Source: an uncultured delta proteobacterium
GTDB lineage: Bacteria > Desulfobacterota > BSN033 > UBA1163
Assembly (NCBI GenBank): GCA_963827685.1
Contig: CAWHBU010000006.1
Span: 416,001-480,000 of the forward strand
Reading direction: 5' to 3'
DNA length: 64,000 bases
Shown here: positions 38,894 through 51,559 of the stretch, one piece after another
How positions within the stretch are numbered: position 1 is the first letter of the stretch
Layout: each line of letters starts with the position of its first letter
Made by a program: the position numbers and the translations under genes
The notes under the pieces: model-generated
What the model saw: only the letters and a program-made list of their open reading frames with translations
Told to the model about the DNA's origin: nothing
The model's database searches: none

Positions 38894-39293
38894 GGCAATG
38901 TTATACCACATCCTCATCATCAATGAACAATACTATCCGGCTTGAATGAATGAACAGGCTTTTGAATTGCCACTTACGGTTTGAAATATACACCCTTTTG
39001 GGAGTTTTTGGAAGTGAAGATTTCATCAAGGAAGAGAGGGTTACGAAAAGGGATGATCGGTCCCACCGGCAAAGCTGGAATATTGTTGTGCTGAGGATTC
39101 TAAGGCTTATGGGATCTGAATGTCCATCCGCACCCTTCCCTCCCGCTTCGGAGGGAGAGGGAAGGGTGCGGAGCTACGAATCATTTCCCCCGCACCACCT
39201 AAAGCCTCGTTCTCCAGAACATGGATCTAACGGTGCATTAAAATATCTACCTCAAGGAAAGGTTCTTGCCTAAACACGGGGTGCGGGGTTTAA

Positions 39294-39629
39294 TTACGAA
39301 GTGAAAGAGGGTCCCCCGATTTTCCCTTCCAACTCCTTCACCTTTGCCTCAAGCTGAAAAACCTTCTCTTCGGTGACTCTCTTATAACTTTCCATATCGA
39401 CATCTTTAGAGGCTAATTGTCTATTTTTATGTTCAACTTCCTCCTTTAACCGATTCATTTCGGCTTCCTTCGCATTCGATTCCCTTTTCAACTTTGCCAT
39501 CTGTTGCTTCAGCAGGGCCACCTCATTCTTCTTTGGTTTTCTCACCACCTTGGCTTTGGCCACCTTCTTTGCCTTCGCTTTGACCACCCTTTTTGCCTTG
39601 GCTTTGACCTTCTTAATCTTTTTAGCCAT
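39294..39629 (-). CDS. Hypothetical protein with Lys/Ala-rich N-terminus and coiled coil
   Basis: MAKKIKKVKAKAKRVVKAKAKKVAKAK...; RBS present; directly after thiC. Confidence 0.7.
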   Translation of the reverse strand: MAKKIKKVKAKAKRVVKAKAKKVAKAKVVRKPKKNEVALLKQQMAKLKRESNAKEAEMNRLKEEVEHKNRQLASKDVDMESYKRVTEEKVFQLEAKVKELEGKIGGPSFTS

Positions 39630-39719
39630 AACTTCTCCCCCTTTCTTAGATTCTAGATTTGCGATTTCAGACTTAAGGTCCAATTCCGCATTCTGCGATC
39701 CGCAATCCGCAATCCGCAA

Positions 39720-41006
39720 TTAAGCTTTGTTAAAAAAGTCCTTCACCCTTTTGATGGCGCAAAACTCGCCGCACATCGTACAGACGTCTTTTTCTCCAGA
39801 TTTGCCTTCCTCATGATAGCGCTTTGCCTTCTCGGGGTCAAGTGAAAGTTCTATCTGTTTCTCCCAGTCAAAAGCCATTCGAGCCTTTGACATCTCGATA
39901 TCCCTCTGAAGGGCTATCTTATTTCCTCGTGCGATATCCGCAGCATGACCCGCAATCCTCGTAGCAATCACCCCTTCCCGGACATCCTCGATAGAGGGCA
40001 ACTTGAGATGCTCCGAAGGGGTCACATAACATAAGAAATCCGCTCCTGCTTTGCCCGCAATGGCGCCACCGATGGCACAGGTGATGTGATCATATCCTGG
40101 AGAGACATCTGTCACCAATGGTCCGAGTACATAAAAAGGAGCTCCCTTGCACAACCTCTTTTCCAAAAGAACATTGGCTTCAATCTGATCAAGCGGGACA
40201 TGGCCGGGTCCTTCGATCATTACCTGAACTCCCTCTGCCCATGCCCTTTCTGTCAATTCTCCGAGAACAATCGTCTCCTCCACTTGAGGCCGATCTGTGG
40301 CATCTGCCAGGCAGCCTGGCCTCAACCCATCTCCTAAGCTCAACGTCACATCATGCCTTTTTGCAATTTCTAAGAGTCGGTCATAATGTTCGTAGAGCGG
40401 ATTTTCTTGACCATTGTAAATCATCCATTCAATGAGAAAAGATCCACCCCGGCTGACCACTCCCAAAAGCCGACGAGTCCTCCTCAGCCTCTCCACAGTA
40501 CTCCGGGTCACACCGCAATGGACCGTGATAAAGTCAACGCCTTCTTCTGCCTGACGCTCAATGACTTCGAAGAGATCTTCAACCCTCATTTTAGCAAGTG
40601 CTTTCCTCTTCTTGACCGCTTCGATAGCTGCTTCGTAAATAGGAACAGTCCCCACAGGGATAGGAGATTGACGAATGATCTCTTTACGGATGACATCGAT
40701 ATCTCCGCCTGTGCTCAGGTCCATCACTGTATCGGTCCCGGCTTGAATGGAAACTTCAAGCTTTTCCAGCTCCTCTTCTAAATCGACGTGGTCAGAAGAA
40801 GTTCCGAGGTTCGTATTCACCTTGATCCGGAGCCCTTCTCCAATCCCCACAGGCTTAACGCCACGATGATGTCGGCTGACCGGGATCACGACCCGACCCG
40901 AAACAATCTTTTCTCGGAGCCATTCTGGAGAGACCCCTTCTTCTCTTGCAACCCTCTTCATTTCTTTTGTAACGATACCCTTTTGGGCTTTTATTCTTTG
41001 GGTCAT
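39720..41006 (-). CDS. thiC: Phosphomethylpyrimidine synthase
   Basis: KVNTNLGTS, MDLSTGG, VSRGGS, EGPGH, CTMCGEFC. Confidence 0.96.
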   Translation of the reverse strand: MTQRIKAQKGIVTKEMKRVAREEGVSPEWLREKIVSGRVVIPVSRHHRGVKPVGIGEGLRIKVNTNLGTSSDHVDLEEELEKLEVSIQAGTDTVMDLSTGGDIDVIRKEIIRQSPIPVGTVPIYEAAIEAVKKRKALAKMRVEDLFEVIERQAEEGVDFITVHCGVTRSTVERLRRTRRLLGVVSRGGSFLIEWMIYNGQENPLYEHYDRLLEIAKRHDVTLSLGDGLRPGCLADATDRPQVEETIVLGELTERAWAEGVQVMIEGPGHVPLDQIEANVLLEKRLCKGAPFYVLGPLVTDVSPGYDHITCAIGGAIAGKAGADFLCYVTPSEHLKLPSIEDVREGVIATRIAGHAADIARGNKIALQRDIEMSKARMAFDWEKQIELSLDPEKAKRYHEEGKSGEKDVCTMCGEFCAIKRVKDFFNKA

Positions 41007-41099
41007 GCGATCACCTTCTTTTAATGTATGCAGAAGGCAGTAAGCAGAAGGCAGAAGAAGATAAAAAATGAGGTCTGCTCTCTGCCGGCCTCCTGCTAC

Positions 41100-41468
41100 T
41101 TATGGAGTTTTGAACTTCTCCGGGGTAGCAATCATGGCACCCAGCATTTTCCCTACGTCTTCATATCCACATAACAGTCCATCATATCGTTCTCGAGACA
41201 GATAACCGCAGTCTTGGGCAAAATCAAGCCAAACTTGTGTTTCAGTTCCCTCGCTGTCAGCATCAGCCATTTTGCTTATGAACATATTTGGATATCTTCG
41301 TTTACGATACCCCTCTGCTATATTCGTGGCCACACTTCGTGAAGAACGGCGGATCTGGTCCGTCAAAGAGTAACGTTCTTCCATGGGGAACGACTTGGTT
41401 TCGTTGAAAATCTCCATTGCTAACTTGTAAGCCAACTGATAAACTTTCAAATCTCTATGCCCACGCAC
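41100..41468 (-). CDS. Four-helix bundle protein (23S rRNA IVS-like, TIGR02436)
   Basis: DLKVYQLAY, FPMEERYSLTDQIRRSSRSVATNIAEG, ETQVWL; flanked by heptamer arrays. Confidence 0.92.
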   Translation of the reverse strand: MRGHRDLKVYQLAYKLAMEIFNETKSFPMEERYSLTDQIRRSSRSVATNIAEGYRKRRYPNMFISKMADADSEGTETQVWLDFAQDCGYLSRERYDGLLCGYEDVGKMLGAMIATPEKFKTP

Positions 41469-41608
41469 CTTCTCCCCCTCCTTTCTCAGAAAGCAGTAAA
41501 CACTATGCAGTGCGCAGTAAATTCAATCCCATTTACTTCGTTGTCCATACAGCTTTATGTCTTCTTTTTTTCTGTAAGCTTTCTGCATTCTATCTTTTTG
41601 TTCCCTGC

Positions 41609-42946
41609 TTACTGCCTACTGTCTACTGCCTTCAATATTTTCTGAACGACATCGTTTGGGTTTCTTCCCAGCACTCGGACCATCGGTTCTTTACCCACAT
41701 CGCCTTCATCGTAGATGAAATCAGGGACCCGCTTCATCTTTGTCAAGACCTCTCCCACACCCCATTCTAAGGAAGAACCTTCCTCCTCCTTCACCCTCTT
41801 CGGCTCGAGCCTTCGATCAAAATGGCCGACGAGAAAACCTTTTCTCTTTAACTGCGAAATGTTCTCTTTTGAATATCGAATATTCATTGCCGAACGATAC
41901 TCAGGATCAAATTTCATGATCGTAAGAATGATATCGGCGACGTGCTGAGAAGCGCCGAATTCCGGATCACTAAGAGTGGTCACCGAATCTTTGATTCGGA
42001 CGATCCTACCCGGAAAGGCAGCCACATCTTCAATCCCCTCAGCTTGGGGAAGGGCATAGCCTAAGTTGGAAGAAACCTCTGGAATAAGATGTCCTATCTT
42101 CTCCTCCTTCAATACTTCCACTGCCCTCTTTAACTCCTGGGTCACCCGATACCGTTCCATCTCCCTCAGGACATAAGCAGAGGGGTTGGCAGGACCTGCT
42201 CCTTTTCCGAGGCTGAGACCGGATTGGATCGCCATGGTGATGAAGGTCTTTGCCTTTCTCACCGCTTCATAAACAGTATCCCCTCTCGCCAAGAGCGTTG
42301 CAATCGCTGAGGCAAAGGTGCAACCCGTTCCATGGGTATTCTTCGACTCAATCCTCGGTCCTTCCATCTCATCAAAATTTCTTCCGTCGTAAAGGAGGTC
42401 AATGGCCATCCTTTTGAGATGGCCTCCTTTCACGACCACATGTCTTGCTCCCAATTTGTAAATGAGATGAGCGGCTTTCTTCATCCCATCAAGAGAGTTT
42501 ACCTTTAATCCGGTGAGAGCCGATGCCTCCATAAGATTCGGCGTCACCACCCACGCAAGAGGAATCAATTTCCTGATGAGCGACTCTTGAGCATCCTTTC
42601 GAAGAAGGTGAGCCCCGCTCTTTGAGATCATCACCGGATCCACCACCACCTTCCTCACTTTATACTGTTTAATCTTTTTGGACACGACCTCAATAATTTC
42701 TTTATTTGCCAGCATCCCTGTCTTGATGGCATCAGCCCCGATGTCAGAGAGAACCGAATCGATCTGCTTTTCGACAAATCGGGCAGGAATCTCATGGATG
42801 CCTTGGACCCCCACTGTATTCTGTGCTGTCAGGGCAGTGAGCACACTCATCCCATAACCGCCGAGTAAAGTGATGGTTTTTAGATCTGCCTGAATTCCTG
42901 CACCGCCTCCAGAATCTGATCCGGCAATTGTCAGTATTCGTTTCAT
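41609..42946 (-). CDS. thiDN: HMP/HMP-P kinase fused to ThiN thiamine-phosphate synthase
   Basis: [22 protein letters not shown]; C-terminal [28 protein letters not shown]. Confidence 0.92.
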   Translation of the reverse strand: MKRILTIAGSDSGGGAGIQADLKTITLLGGYGMSVLTALTAQNTVGVQGIHEIPARFVEKQIDSVLSDIGADAIKTGMLANKEIIEVVSKKIKQYKVRKVVVDPVMISKSGAHLLRKDAQESLIRKLIPLAWVVTPNLMEASALTGLKVNSLDGMKKAAHLIYKLGARHVVVKGGHLKRMAIDLLYDGRNFDEMEGPRIESKNTHGTGCTFASAIATLLARGDTVYEAVRKAKTFITMAIQSGLSLGKGAGPANPSAYVLREMERYRVTQELKRAVEVLKEEKIGHLIPEVSSNLGYALPQAEGIEDVAAFPGRIVRIKDSVTTLSDPEFGASQHVADIILTIMKFDPEYRSAMNIRYSKENISQLKRKGFLVGHFDRRLEPKRVKEEEGSSLEWGVGEVLTKMKRVPDFIYDEGDVGKEPMVRVLGRNPNDVVQKILKAVDSRQ

Positions 42947-43749
42947 TTCGATCTCCGTAACTCTTTCATAATCAAAGAGGCCACCTTTTCCCCTGACAGG
43001 AGCATCCCTCCGAAGATAGGACCCATTCGATAGGACCCGAAAGTGGCATTGGCAGCCATGCCGCATACATAGAGCCCCGGAAAGACCTCCCGTGTATTGA
43101 CCATCGTATCCTTCTCAGCCGCTTCCGCCCACAATGACTTCTCGCCGACGATTTTGCCTGTCTCAGTAAATAGTCTGATATCATTTTTCTTTTGGAGGAT
43201 AGCAACAACCTCCGTGGCATGGCCTGTGGCATCGACAACGAATTTCGATTGAATGGTCAAAGGATCGACATGCAAACTGGCCATCTCCACGGCCGTCCAA
43301 TTGAGAACCAACCCAGAAACTCGATTTTCCCGGATGATGAGATCTTCAGAACTGATCAGATTAAATATGGCCACTCCTGACTTCACCGCTTTTGAACAGA
43401 GCGTTGAGATAGCCTCGATAGAATCAGCGGTGTAGTAGCCATTGCTGTAAGGTTTGGATCGAATTCCAAATTCATCAAGGATTCTCTTCCCCTCCTCCTG
43501 GACGACGATCTCATTGAGCATCATCCCGCCGCCCCACATTCCTCCTCCGATCGAGAGTTTCCTCTCGAAAAGAGTGACTTTAAACCCATTTTTGGCCAAG
43601 TAATATGAACAGACCAATCCAGAAGGCCCTCCTCCTACAATCGCCACATCGACGGAGAGGTTTTCCCTAAATTTCTCGTAGTATCGATCAACAATTGCCT
43701 GGGTGATAATCTTTTCATCAAGTACCATACAAATCTCCTTTCTTGCCAT
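42943..43749 (-). CDS. thi4: Sulfide-dependent adenosine diphosphate thiazole synthase
   Basis: [38 protein letters not shown]. Confidence 0.93.
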   Translation of the reverse strand: MARKEICMVLDEKIITQAIVDRYYEKFRENLSVDVAIVGGGPSGLVCSYYLAKNGFKVTLFERKLSIGGGMWGGGMMLNEIVVQEEGKRILDEFGIRSKPYSNGYYTADSIEAISTLCSKAVKSGVAIFNLISSEDLIIRENRVSGLVLNWTAVEMASLHVDPLTIQSKFVVDATGHATEVVAILQKKNDIRLFTETGKIVGEKSLWAEAAEKDTMVNTREVFPGLYVCGMAANATFGSYRMGPIFGGMLLSGEKVASLIMKELRRSK

Positions 43750-43785
43750 GAACCCTACGGGTTCATGTTTTCACTGCTCTGGTAC

Positions 43786-43827
43786 AACAAAAAAAGCCGT
43801 AATTCCAAATGGAGGTATTACGGCTTT
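43786..43827 (-). terminator. Riboswitch expression-platform terminator
   Basis: Minus strand AAAGCCGTAATACC..GGAATTACGGCTTTTTTT. Confidence 0.8.
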
Positions 43828-43840
43828 CTTTCCGTTTTCC

Positions 43841-43937
43841 GCTTCCCTTCGCTGGAATTACCCAAACAGGTTCGGAGGGTCTCCCTGTCCCGCTGTAGCA
43901 GGACAAGGACTCTCAGCCCAATGAGCTCCCCTAGCTA
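43841..43937 (-). ncRNA. TPP riboswitch
   Basis: Minus strand AGGGGAGC..GCTGAGA..ACCC.CCGAACCTG..TGGGTAATTCCAGCGAAGGGA upstream of thi genes. Confidence 0.95.
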
Positions 43938-43950
43938 ACTTTTTAAAGTT

Positions 43951-43979
43951 ATTATTACGAAGTAATTGTAATATGTCAA
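43951..43979 (-). promoter_or_regulatory. Sigma70-type promoter of the thi operon
   Basis: TTGACA-N17-AATAAT just upstream of the riboswitch. Confidence 0.6.
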
Positions 43980-44281
43980 CTAGTCTTTGTGAAAAAACAA
44001 TAAGCTCTCATTCGGGGGATAGCCGGGGGTTTACTATCTCTCTCGAACTTACCGTGCCGATGGATGATAGATAGAAGCTTTCCAGCCTCAAAACTGTTTA
44101 TTAATTTAATGAAATCATTGATGTATTCTCTGTGACGTTGGAGCCAGATTAACTTTGTGAAAAATTTCTTGACTTCTGGGAATCTTTACTTTATATTCTA
44201 CCCAAACTTTTGACAAATCTTCCCCACCAAAGTTATCATATCTGAAAATTTTTGCGGGGATCGTAAAGAGGAGAGGGCATT

Positions 44282-46798
<2,517 letters not shown>

Positions 46799-46821
46799 TC
46801 GTTGATTGATACACAAATAAG

Positions 46822-46859
46822 AAAAGCCCTCACCTCGCAAGGGGTGAGGGCTTTTTATT
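46822..46859 (+). terminator. Intrinsic terminator
   Basis: AAAGCCCTCACCTC-GCAA-GGGGTGAGGGCTTTTT. Confidence 0.8.
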
Positions 46860-46862
46860 TGC

Positions 46863-46950
46863 GGCTCTTCCGGGTTTCTTGTAGGTTACCTCCCCTAACC
46901 CCCCTTCATCCCCCCTTAATTTAAGGGGGGAATAGAGGGGGGTTACAAGA
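46863..46950. repeat. Partial copy of the 27122 MITE
   Basis: GGCTCTTCCGGGTTTCTTGTAGGTTACCTCCCC plus CCCCCTTCATCCCCCCTTAA..TTAAGGGGGG hairpin. Confidence 0.65.
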
Positions 46951-46981
46951 GGGGGCCCTTTTGTCCTATGCCCTTTGCGTT

Positions 46982-47347
46982 CTACGGCCAATTCAAATCA
47001 AAGGCATCCCGGATCAATTCGATCTCTTCTCCTCCAGGGGTGAGGAGAATGGCAACAACATCAAACCTTGCCTTCACATCTCCTATCTTTTTCTCTTTGA
47101 GGAAATTTAATGCCACCTTGGAAAGCTGCCTCTGTTTCCAGGAAGTCACCGCCAGTTGGGGAGGACCAAAGTCCATGGATGTCCGAGTTTTCACTTCGAT
47201 GAAGACCAGGGTGTCTTTCTCCTTGCCAATGAGGTCCATCTCACCCATTTTACAGACATAATTTTTTTCGATGATACGATACCCTCTCTTCTTTAAGAAT
47301 CGAAGGGCCTTTTCCTCACCCTTCTTTCCGAGTTCTTTCTTCTGCAT
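46982..47347 (-). CDS. yraN: YraN family endonuclease-like protein
   Basis: LGKKGE, GEMDLI, FIEVKTR, RFDVVAI. Confidence 0.92.
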   Translation of the reverse strand: MQKKELGKKGEEKALRFLKKRGYRIIEKNYVCKMGEMDLIGKEKDTLVFIEVKTRTSMDFGPPQLAVTSWKQRQLSKVALNFLKEKKIGDVKARFDVVAILLTPGGEEIELIRDAFDLNWP

Positions 47348-47460
47348 CGCCAGTCCCAAAAGGGTTCGAGGATTCTCGGGTTCAAGGGTTCAAGTTACTT
47401 CTTTTGATATTTATTTATTCACCTTGACCCCTGGAATCCTTGACCCCTTGAACCTTTGCA

Positions 47461-48087
47461 TTACAAGTACTCTTTCACGCCTCGAAAGGTTTTGCGGTGG
47501 AGTTCGCAGACCCCGAATTTTTCAATCGCCCTCCGATGTTCCTTTGTCCCATAACCTTTATGTCTGGCAAAATTATATTGAGGATATTTTCGGTGGCATT
47601 CCAGCATCATTCGGTCCCGGGTCACTTTGGCTATGATGGAAGCTGCCGCAATGGAGTTACAGAGCTGATCGCCCTTCCGGATAGGTTTCTGAGGAATGGG
47701 GAGTGTAATACCTTGAAGACCATCGATAAGAATAAAATCTGGAGGCGGGGAAAGGTTTTCAATGGCCAGGGCCATGGCTTTTAGCGTGGCCTGGAGAATA
47801 TTGATACGATCGATCTCTTCTTGTCCAATAATTCCAATTCCTACTCCTTGGGCTTCTGAAAGGATCGCTTCATAAAGATGCTCTCTCTTTTTCGACGAAA
47901 TTTTTTTTGAATCAAAAACTTCCTCTTTAATACCGTTTCTGGATAGGACAACAGCCGCGGCGACAACCGGCCCGGCTAAGGGCCCTCTTCCCACCTCATC
48001 CACACCAGCAATCCGATTGTAACCACGACCATAGAACATCTTTTCGAAAAAATCCATGGGTTGGGTTGGGAGGGATGGAAAAAGCAT
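47461..48087 (-). CDS. rnhB: Ribonuclease HII
   Basis: GVDEVGRGPLAGPV, DSKK, IAAASIIAKVTRD, HKGYGT. Confidence 0.96.
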   Translation of the reverse strand: MLFPSLPTQPMDFFEKMFYGRGYNRIAGVDEVGRGPLAGPVVAAAVVLSRNGIKEEVFDSKKISSKKREHLYEAILSEAQGVGIGIIGQEEIDRINILQATLKAMALAIENLSPPPDFILIDGLQGITLPIPQKPIRKGDQLCNSIAAASIIAKVTRDRMMLECHRKYPQYNFARHKGYGTKEHRRAIEKFGVCELHRKTFRGVKEYL

Positions 48088-48097
48088 AAACCATTAG

Positions 48098-48185
48098 AGT
48101 AGGCAGGAGGTAGTAGACAGTAAGCAGAAAAAAAATAAAGATTCGATCTTCCACTACCTACTGCATTCTGCCTTCTGCATTCTGG
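48098..48185. repeat. Inverted heptamer arrays (GCAG class) with no gene inside
   Basis: GTAGGCA/GTAGACA/GTAAGCA run followed by CTACTGC/TTCTGCC/TTCTGCA run. Confidence 0.7.
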
Positions 48186-48188
48186 TTA

Positions 48189-48542
48189 TCAGGCGACCTG
48201 TTTCTTTTCGCCCCGGATACGAGCCGCCTTCCCCTTCAGGCCTCGAAGGTAGAAAAGCTTAGCCCGTCTCACCTTTCCTCGGCTGATCACATCGATCCGA
48301 TCAAGCCGGGGTGAATGGAGGGGAAAAACCCTCTCAACGCCGATCCCGTAAGAGATCTTCCTCACGGTGAAGGTAGATCGAATCCCCCCCCTTTTCTTAC
48401 GAATGACCACTCCTTCAAAAGGTTGTATTCTTTCCTTCTCTCCCTCTACTATCTTTACATGGACCCTTATTGTATCTCCCACCCTGAAATCCGGGAGATC
48501 TGTCCTCAGCTGTTCTCTTTCAACCAATTCCATCGGATTCAT
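48189..48542 (-). CDS. rplS: 50S ribosomal protein L19
   Basis: [33 protein letters not shown]. Confidence 0.97.
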   Translation of the reverse strand: MNPMELVEREQLRTDLPDFRVGDTIRVHVKIVEGEKERIQPFEGVVIRKKRGGIRSTFTVRKISYGIGVERVFPLHSPRLDRIDVISRGKVRRAKLFYLRGLKGKAARIRGEKKQVA

Positions 48543-48663
48543 CTTCTTCTCCTTCCCTATACAATTTCAAAATGCGGATCGCGGAGTGCGGAATAAAAAT
48601 CGAAATTCATGTCTTGAAAACTTAAATTAAGAAATTCCGCATTCTGCATTCCGAATTCCGCAA

Positions 48664-49227
48664 TCACGAACGGTCTCCCAATAATCGATCTAAAATAATC
48701 GCCACTGCTGAGCGAACTGGAAGGTGATTATATCCTTTCCCCTCGATTGGCGCCAGGACATAATCAGAGCCATCCTTCACCTCCTGAGTTAAACCCCATC
48801 CCGTTCCAAAAAGAATGAAGAAGGGGGTGCTTTCATCTTTCAATGACTTCTTTAAGAATCCAAAATCAATACTCTTTGGATGGGGGGAGGCTCCTGTTGC
48901 CACTCTTTTCACTCTTGTCTGCCAGAGATCGGAGATCTCTTGATCAGCTTCGTCAATGCTCCGTGAGACCCGGACGAGAGAAAGAGATTCCTTCCTCGTT
49001 GGGTTGTAAACCGACCCGATGCCCTCTACCCAATGCCGAATAATCCTCTCTGCTAACCGAATCTGGCTTTCCAATGGGGTAATAATGAAGAAACCTCCTG
49101 CTCCAAATGTCTTTGCACAACGCGCAATGTCGTGAATGTCAAAATTGGTGATGGCTGTAGCTACTACCTCTCTTTTCTTATCATAGATAGGATAGTGGAC
49201 CAATCCTATGTAAAGATTAGATCCCAT
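48664..49227 (-). CDS. SPOUT RNA methyltransferase (TrmD-associated type)
   Basis: [36 protein letters not shown]. Confidence 0.9.
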   Translation of the reverse strand: MGSNLYIGLVHYPIYDKKREVVATAITNFDIHDIARCAKTFGAGGFFIITPLESQIRLAERIIRHWVEGIGSVYNPTRKESLSLVRVSRSIDEADQEISDLWQTRVKRVATGASPHPKSIDFGFLKKSLKDESTPFFILFGTGWGLTQEVKDGSDYVLAPIEGKGYNHLPVRSAVAIILDRLLGDRS

Positions 49228-49975
49228 CCCCGGCCTGTTCCCTCCTGATTTGCTGAAGGATTTCTTCCAAGAGTTTCTTATCCTCATCAGAGAGATTGGC
49301 CTTGGCTAACAGATCTGGCCGTCTCAACGATGTCCGCCTGAGTGCCTCTTTTTTCCTCCAGAGAGAAATCGCTGAATGGTTTCCAGAAAGGAGGACTTCC
49401 GGAACGCAACGCCCTCTGAAATCAGAGGGCCGCGTGTACTGCGGATATTCTAAGAGAGAGTTGAAGAAGGAATCGTCCTCGGCGGAGCGATCGGATCCCA
49501 AAACCCCGGGAATGAACCTTGAGACAGCGTCGACAAGGACCATCGCCGCCAATTCCCCTCCTGTCAGGACATAGTCTCCAATCGAAATCTCCTCTTCGAT
49601 AAAGAGCGCTCTTGCTCTTTCATCCACTCCCTCATATCGGCCACAGAGAAGGATGAGATGAGGTTGAGTGGAAAGCCTCCGAGCCAAATCCTGGTTGAGG
49701 GGTTCCCCCTGGGGAGTCAGATAAACCACCCGGGCAGATGGATTTTGAGACTTGACCGATTCGATAGCCCGGGCAATGGGCTCCACTTTCATCACCATGC
49801 CCTGGCCTCCTCCATAAGGATTATCATCCACCACCTGATGTTTATCCAGGGCAAAATCCCGGATGTTAATGGTTCGAATTTGGATAAGCCCTTTCTCGAT
49901 GGCTTTGCCTAAAATGCTTTCCTGCAGAGGGGAGGAAAACATATTAGGAAAGAGGGTTAGAATGTCAAACCTCAT
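49217..49975 (-). CDS. trmD: tRNA (guanine37-N1) methyltransferase
   Basis: [36 protein letters not shown]. Confidence 0.97.
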   Translation of the reverse strand: MRFDILTLFPNMFSSPLQESILGKAIEKGLIQIRTINIRDFALDKHQVVDDNPYGGGQGMVMKVEPIARAIESVKSQNPSARVVYLTPQGEPLNQDLARRLSTQPHLILLCGRYEGVDERARALFIEEEISIGDYVLTGGELAAMVLVDAVSRFIPGVLGSDRSAEDDSFFNSLLEYPQYTRPSDFRGRCVPEVLLSGNHSAISLWRKKEALRRTSLRRPDLLAKANLSDEDKKLLEEILQQIRREQAGDGI

Positions 49976-50498
49976 CTTCGTCCTCCCACAAGCCCTCCAT
50001 TCGGACGACTTTCATCACTCCTTTCTTAAGGTCTATGCTCCGGATCACCTCCTCGGTCGCTGGCAGTAAGATTTCTCCCCTTTTTCCTTCGACAACGTAG
50101 ACGTCATTGGCCCCCGTACGAAAGATCTTCCTGACCTCTCCGATCCTTTTGCCCCCCTGGGTCTCAACCTTCATTCCCAAGAGGTCCACCCAATAATATT
50201 CTCCTTCTTCCAATTCAAGAAGTGCTTCTTTCTCAATGAGAATCTCTTTCCCCATCAGAGACTCTGCCTCTTCAATCTTTTCAATCCCTTTTAATCGGAG
50301 GATGAGACGCGGTGGTTGAGGAATTGCCTCTAAGATCTCGTAAGCCTTAGGTCTGCCCTTTTCGTCCTCGATGAAAATCTCACGATAGAGAGAAAGCCGG
50401 TGGAGGTCTTCTCCAAAATACTCCACTTTCACCTTCCCCCTGACCCCGTGGAGTTTGACCACCCTGCCGATGGGGAAAAGATTTTTTTCGCCAATCAT
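49965..50498 (-). CDS. rimM: Ribosome maturation factor RimM
   Basis: [21 protein letters not shown]; operon context. Confidence 0.93.
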   Translation of the reverse strand: MIGEKNLFPIGRVVKLHGVRGKVKVEYFGEDLHRLSLYREIFIEDEKGRPKAYEILEAIPQPPRLILRLKGIEKIEEAESLMGKEILIEKEALLELEEGEYYWVDLLGMKVETQGGKRIGEVRKIFRTGANDVYVVEGKRGEILLPATEEVIRSIDLKKGVMKVVRMEGLWEDEDEV

Positions 50499-50746
50499 TA
50501 CCTTCCGGTTGTACAAAAAACGTTCCAAAAGGCAGCTGAGTCTGTTGAAGAACCTTTACACCTGCTTGCCCGTGGCCGCTTCGGCGAAGGCAGGGCGACA
50601 CCTTTGAACGTTTAGCTACTCAGTTTCCAAGCGTATAACAAAGGTCACTTCAGATGACACTGCACGCTATCCATAAAAGATGGAAAAACTCGCTTGGTAA
50701 TGGTTTGAAAGGAAATCCAACTGCCGATTTAACGCAACATTAACGG

Positions 50747-50983
50747 TTATTCGATGATCTCTAAAACGGAACGTTTCCCCAAATTCGCCGAGACCGCCCC
50801 CAAGATGACCCGAAGGGCCCTGGCCGTCCTCCCCTGTTTTCCGATCACCTTCCCCAAATCTTCCTTCGCCACAGAGAGTTCAATAATGGAAGTTTTCTCA
50901 CCTTCGATTTCAGAGACCTTGACTTGATCCGGATAATCAACCAATGCCTTGGCAATATACTCAACGAGCTCTTTTGCGTTCAT
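50747..50983 (-). CDS. khpA: KH-domain RNA-binding protein
   Basis: [17 protein letters not shown]. Confidence 0.93.
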   Translation of the reverse strand: MNAKELVEYIAKALVDYPDQVKVSEIEGEKTSIIELSVAKEDLGKVIGKQGRTARALRVILGAVSANLGKRSVLEIIE

Positions 50984-51054
50984 ATCCCCACCTCCACTCT
51001 TCGCATCAGTCTTTGATGAGTCTCATGATCAGCAAGGGCTTGGAAAAAGGCGGC

Positions 51055-51324
51055 TCATGCAGTCTTCTCTTCCATCAACTTCTTTGAAATCCCGGACCGT
51101 ATTAGAAGTTGACGAACGGTCGGGGTGGGCTGAGCTCCCTTTCTCAGCCACTGAATCGCCTTTTCTTCCTTGAACCGAACCTCCACTGGATTTTTCTTGG
51201 GATCATAGGTTCCCACCTGGTCAATAAATCTGCCGCCTCTGGAAAAACGACGATCCGAAACTACAATTCGGTAATAGGGGCTCTTCTTTCCACCAAATCT
51301 CATCAATCTCATCGATGCAGCCAT
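51055..51324 (-). CDS. rpsP: 30S ribosomal protein S16
   Basis: RLMRFGGKKSPYYRIVV, GTYDP, GAQPT. Confidence 0.95.
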   Translation of the reverse strand: MAASMRLMRFGGKKSPYYRIVVSDRRFSRGGRFIDQVGTYDPKKNPVEVRFKEEKAIQWLRKGAQPTPTVRQLLIRSGISKKLMEEKTA

Positions 51325-51559
51325 ATCGTTTTCTACCACCTCCTTCTGTCAAAGAATCGCAAAGGGCATACCCTATAGATCGTAAAATTCCAAATGCCAA
51401 TATCCCTGCCTACCGGCAGGCAGGCAAATCTCAAATAAGCTCAAAATACCAGACTAAAATGACCGAAACGATTCTGTTTGAAATTTAGAATTTGGGTCAT
51501 TGAAACTTGTTTGTCATTTGGTGCTTGGGATTTGGCGCTTCTCTTCTGCGTTATTCTAT

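Noticed and set aside
38950-39273. 107-aa plus-strand ORF
   Set aside because: It runs through palindromic repeats and has no recognisable domain or RBS
39050-39290. Possible ncRNA (long hairpins, CCCCGCACC/GGTGCGGGG inverted ends)
   Set aside because: No 6S, SRP, tRNA or riboswitch motif recognised; more likely REP/MITE debris or a terminator
41100-41468. Diversity-generating retroelement Avd or rRNA intervening sequence
   Set aside because: No reverse transcriptase, template/variable repeat pair or rRNA nearby
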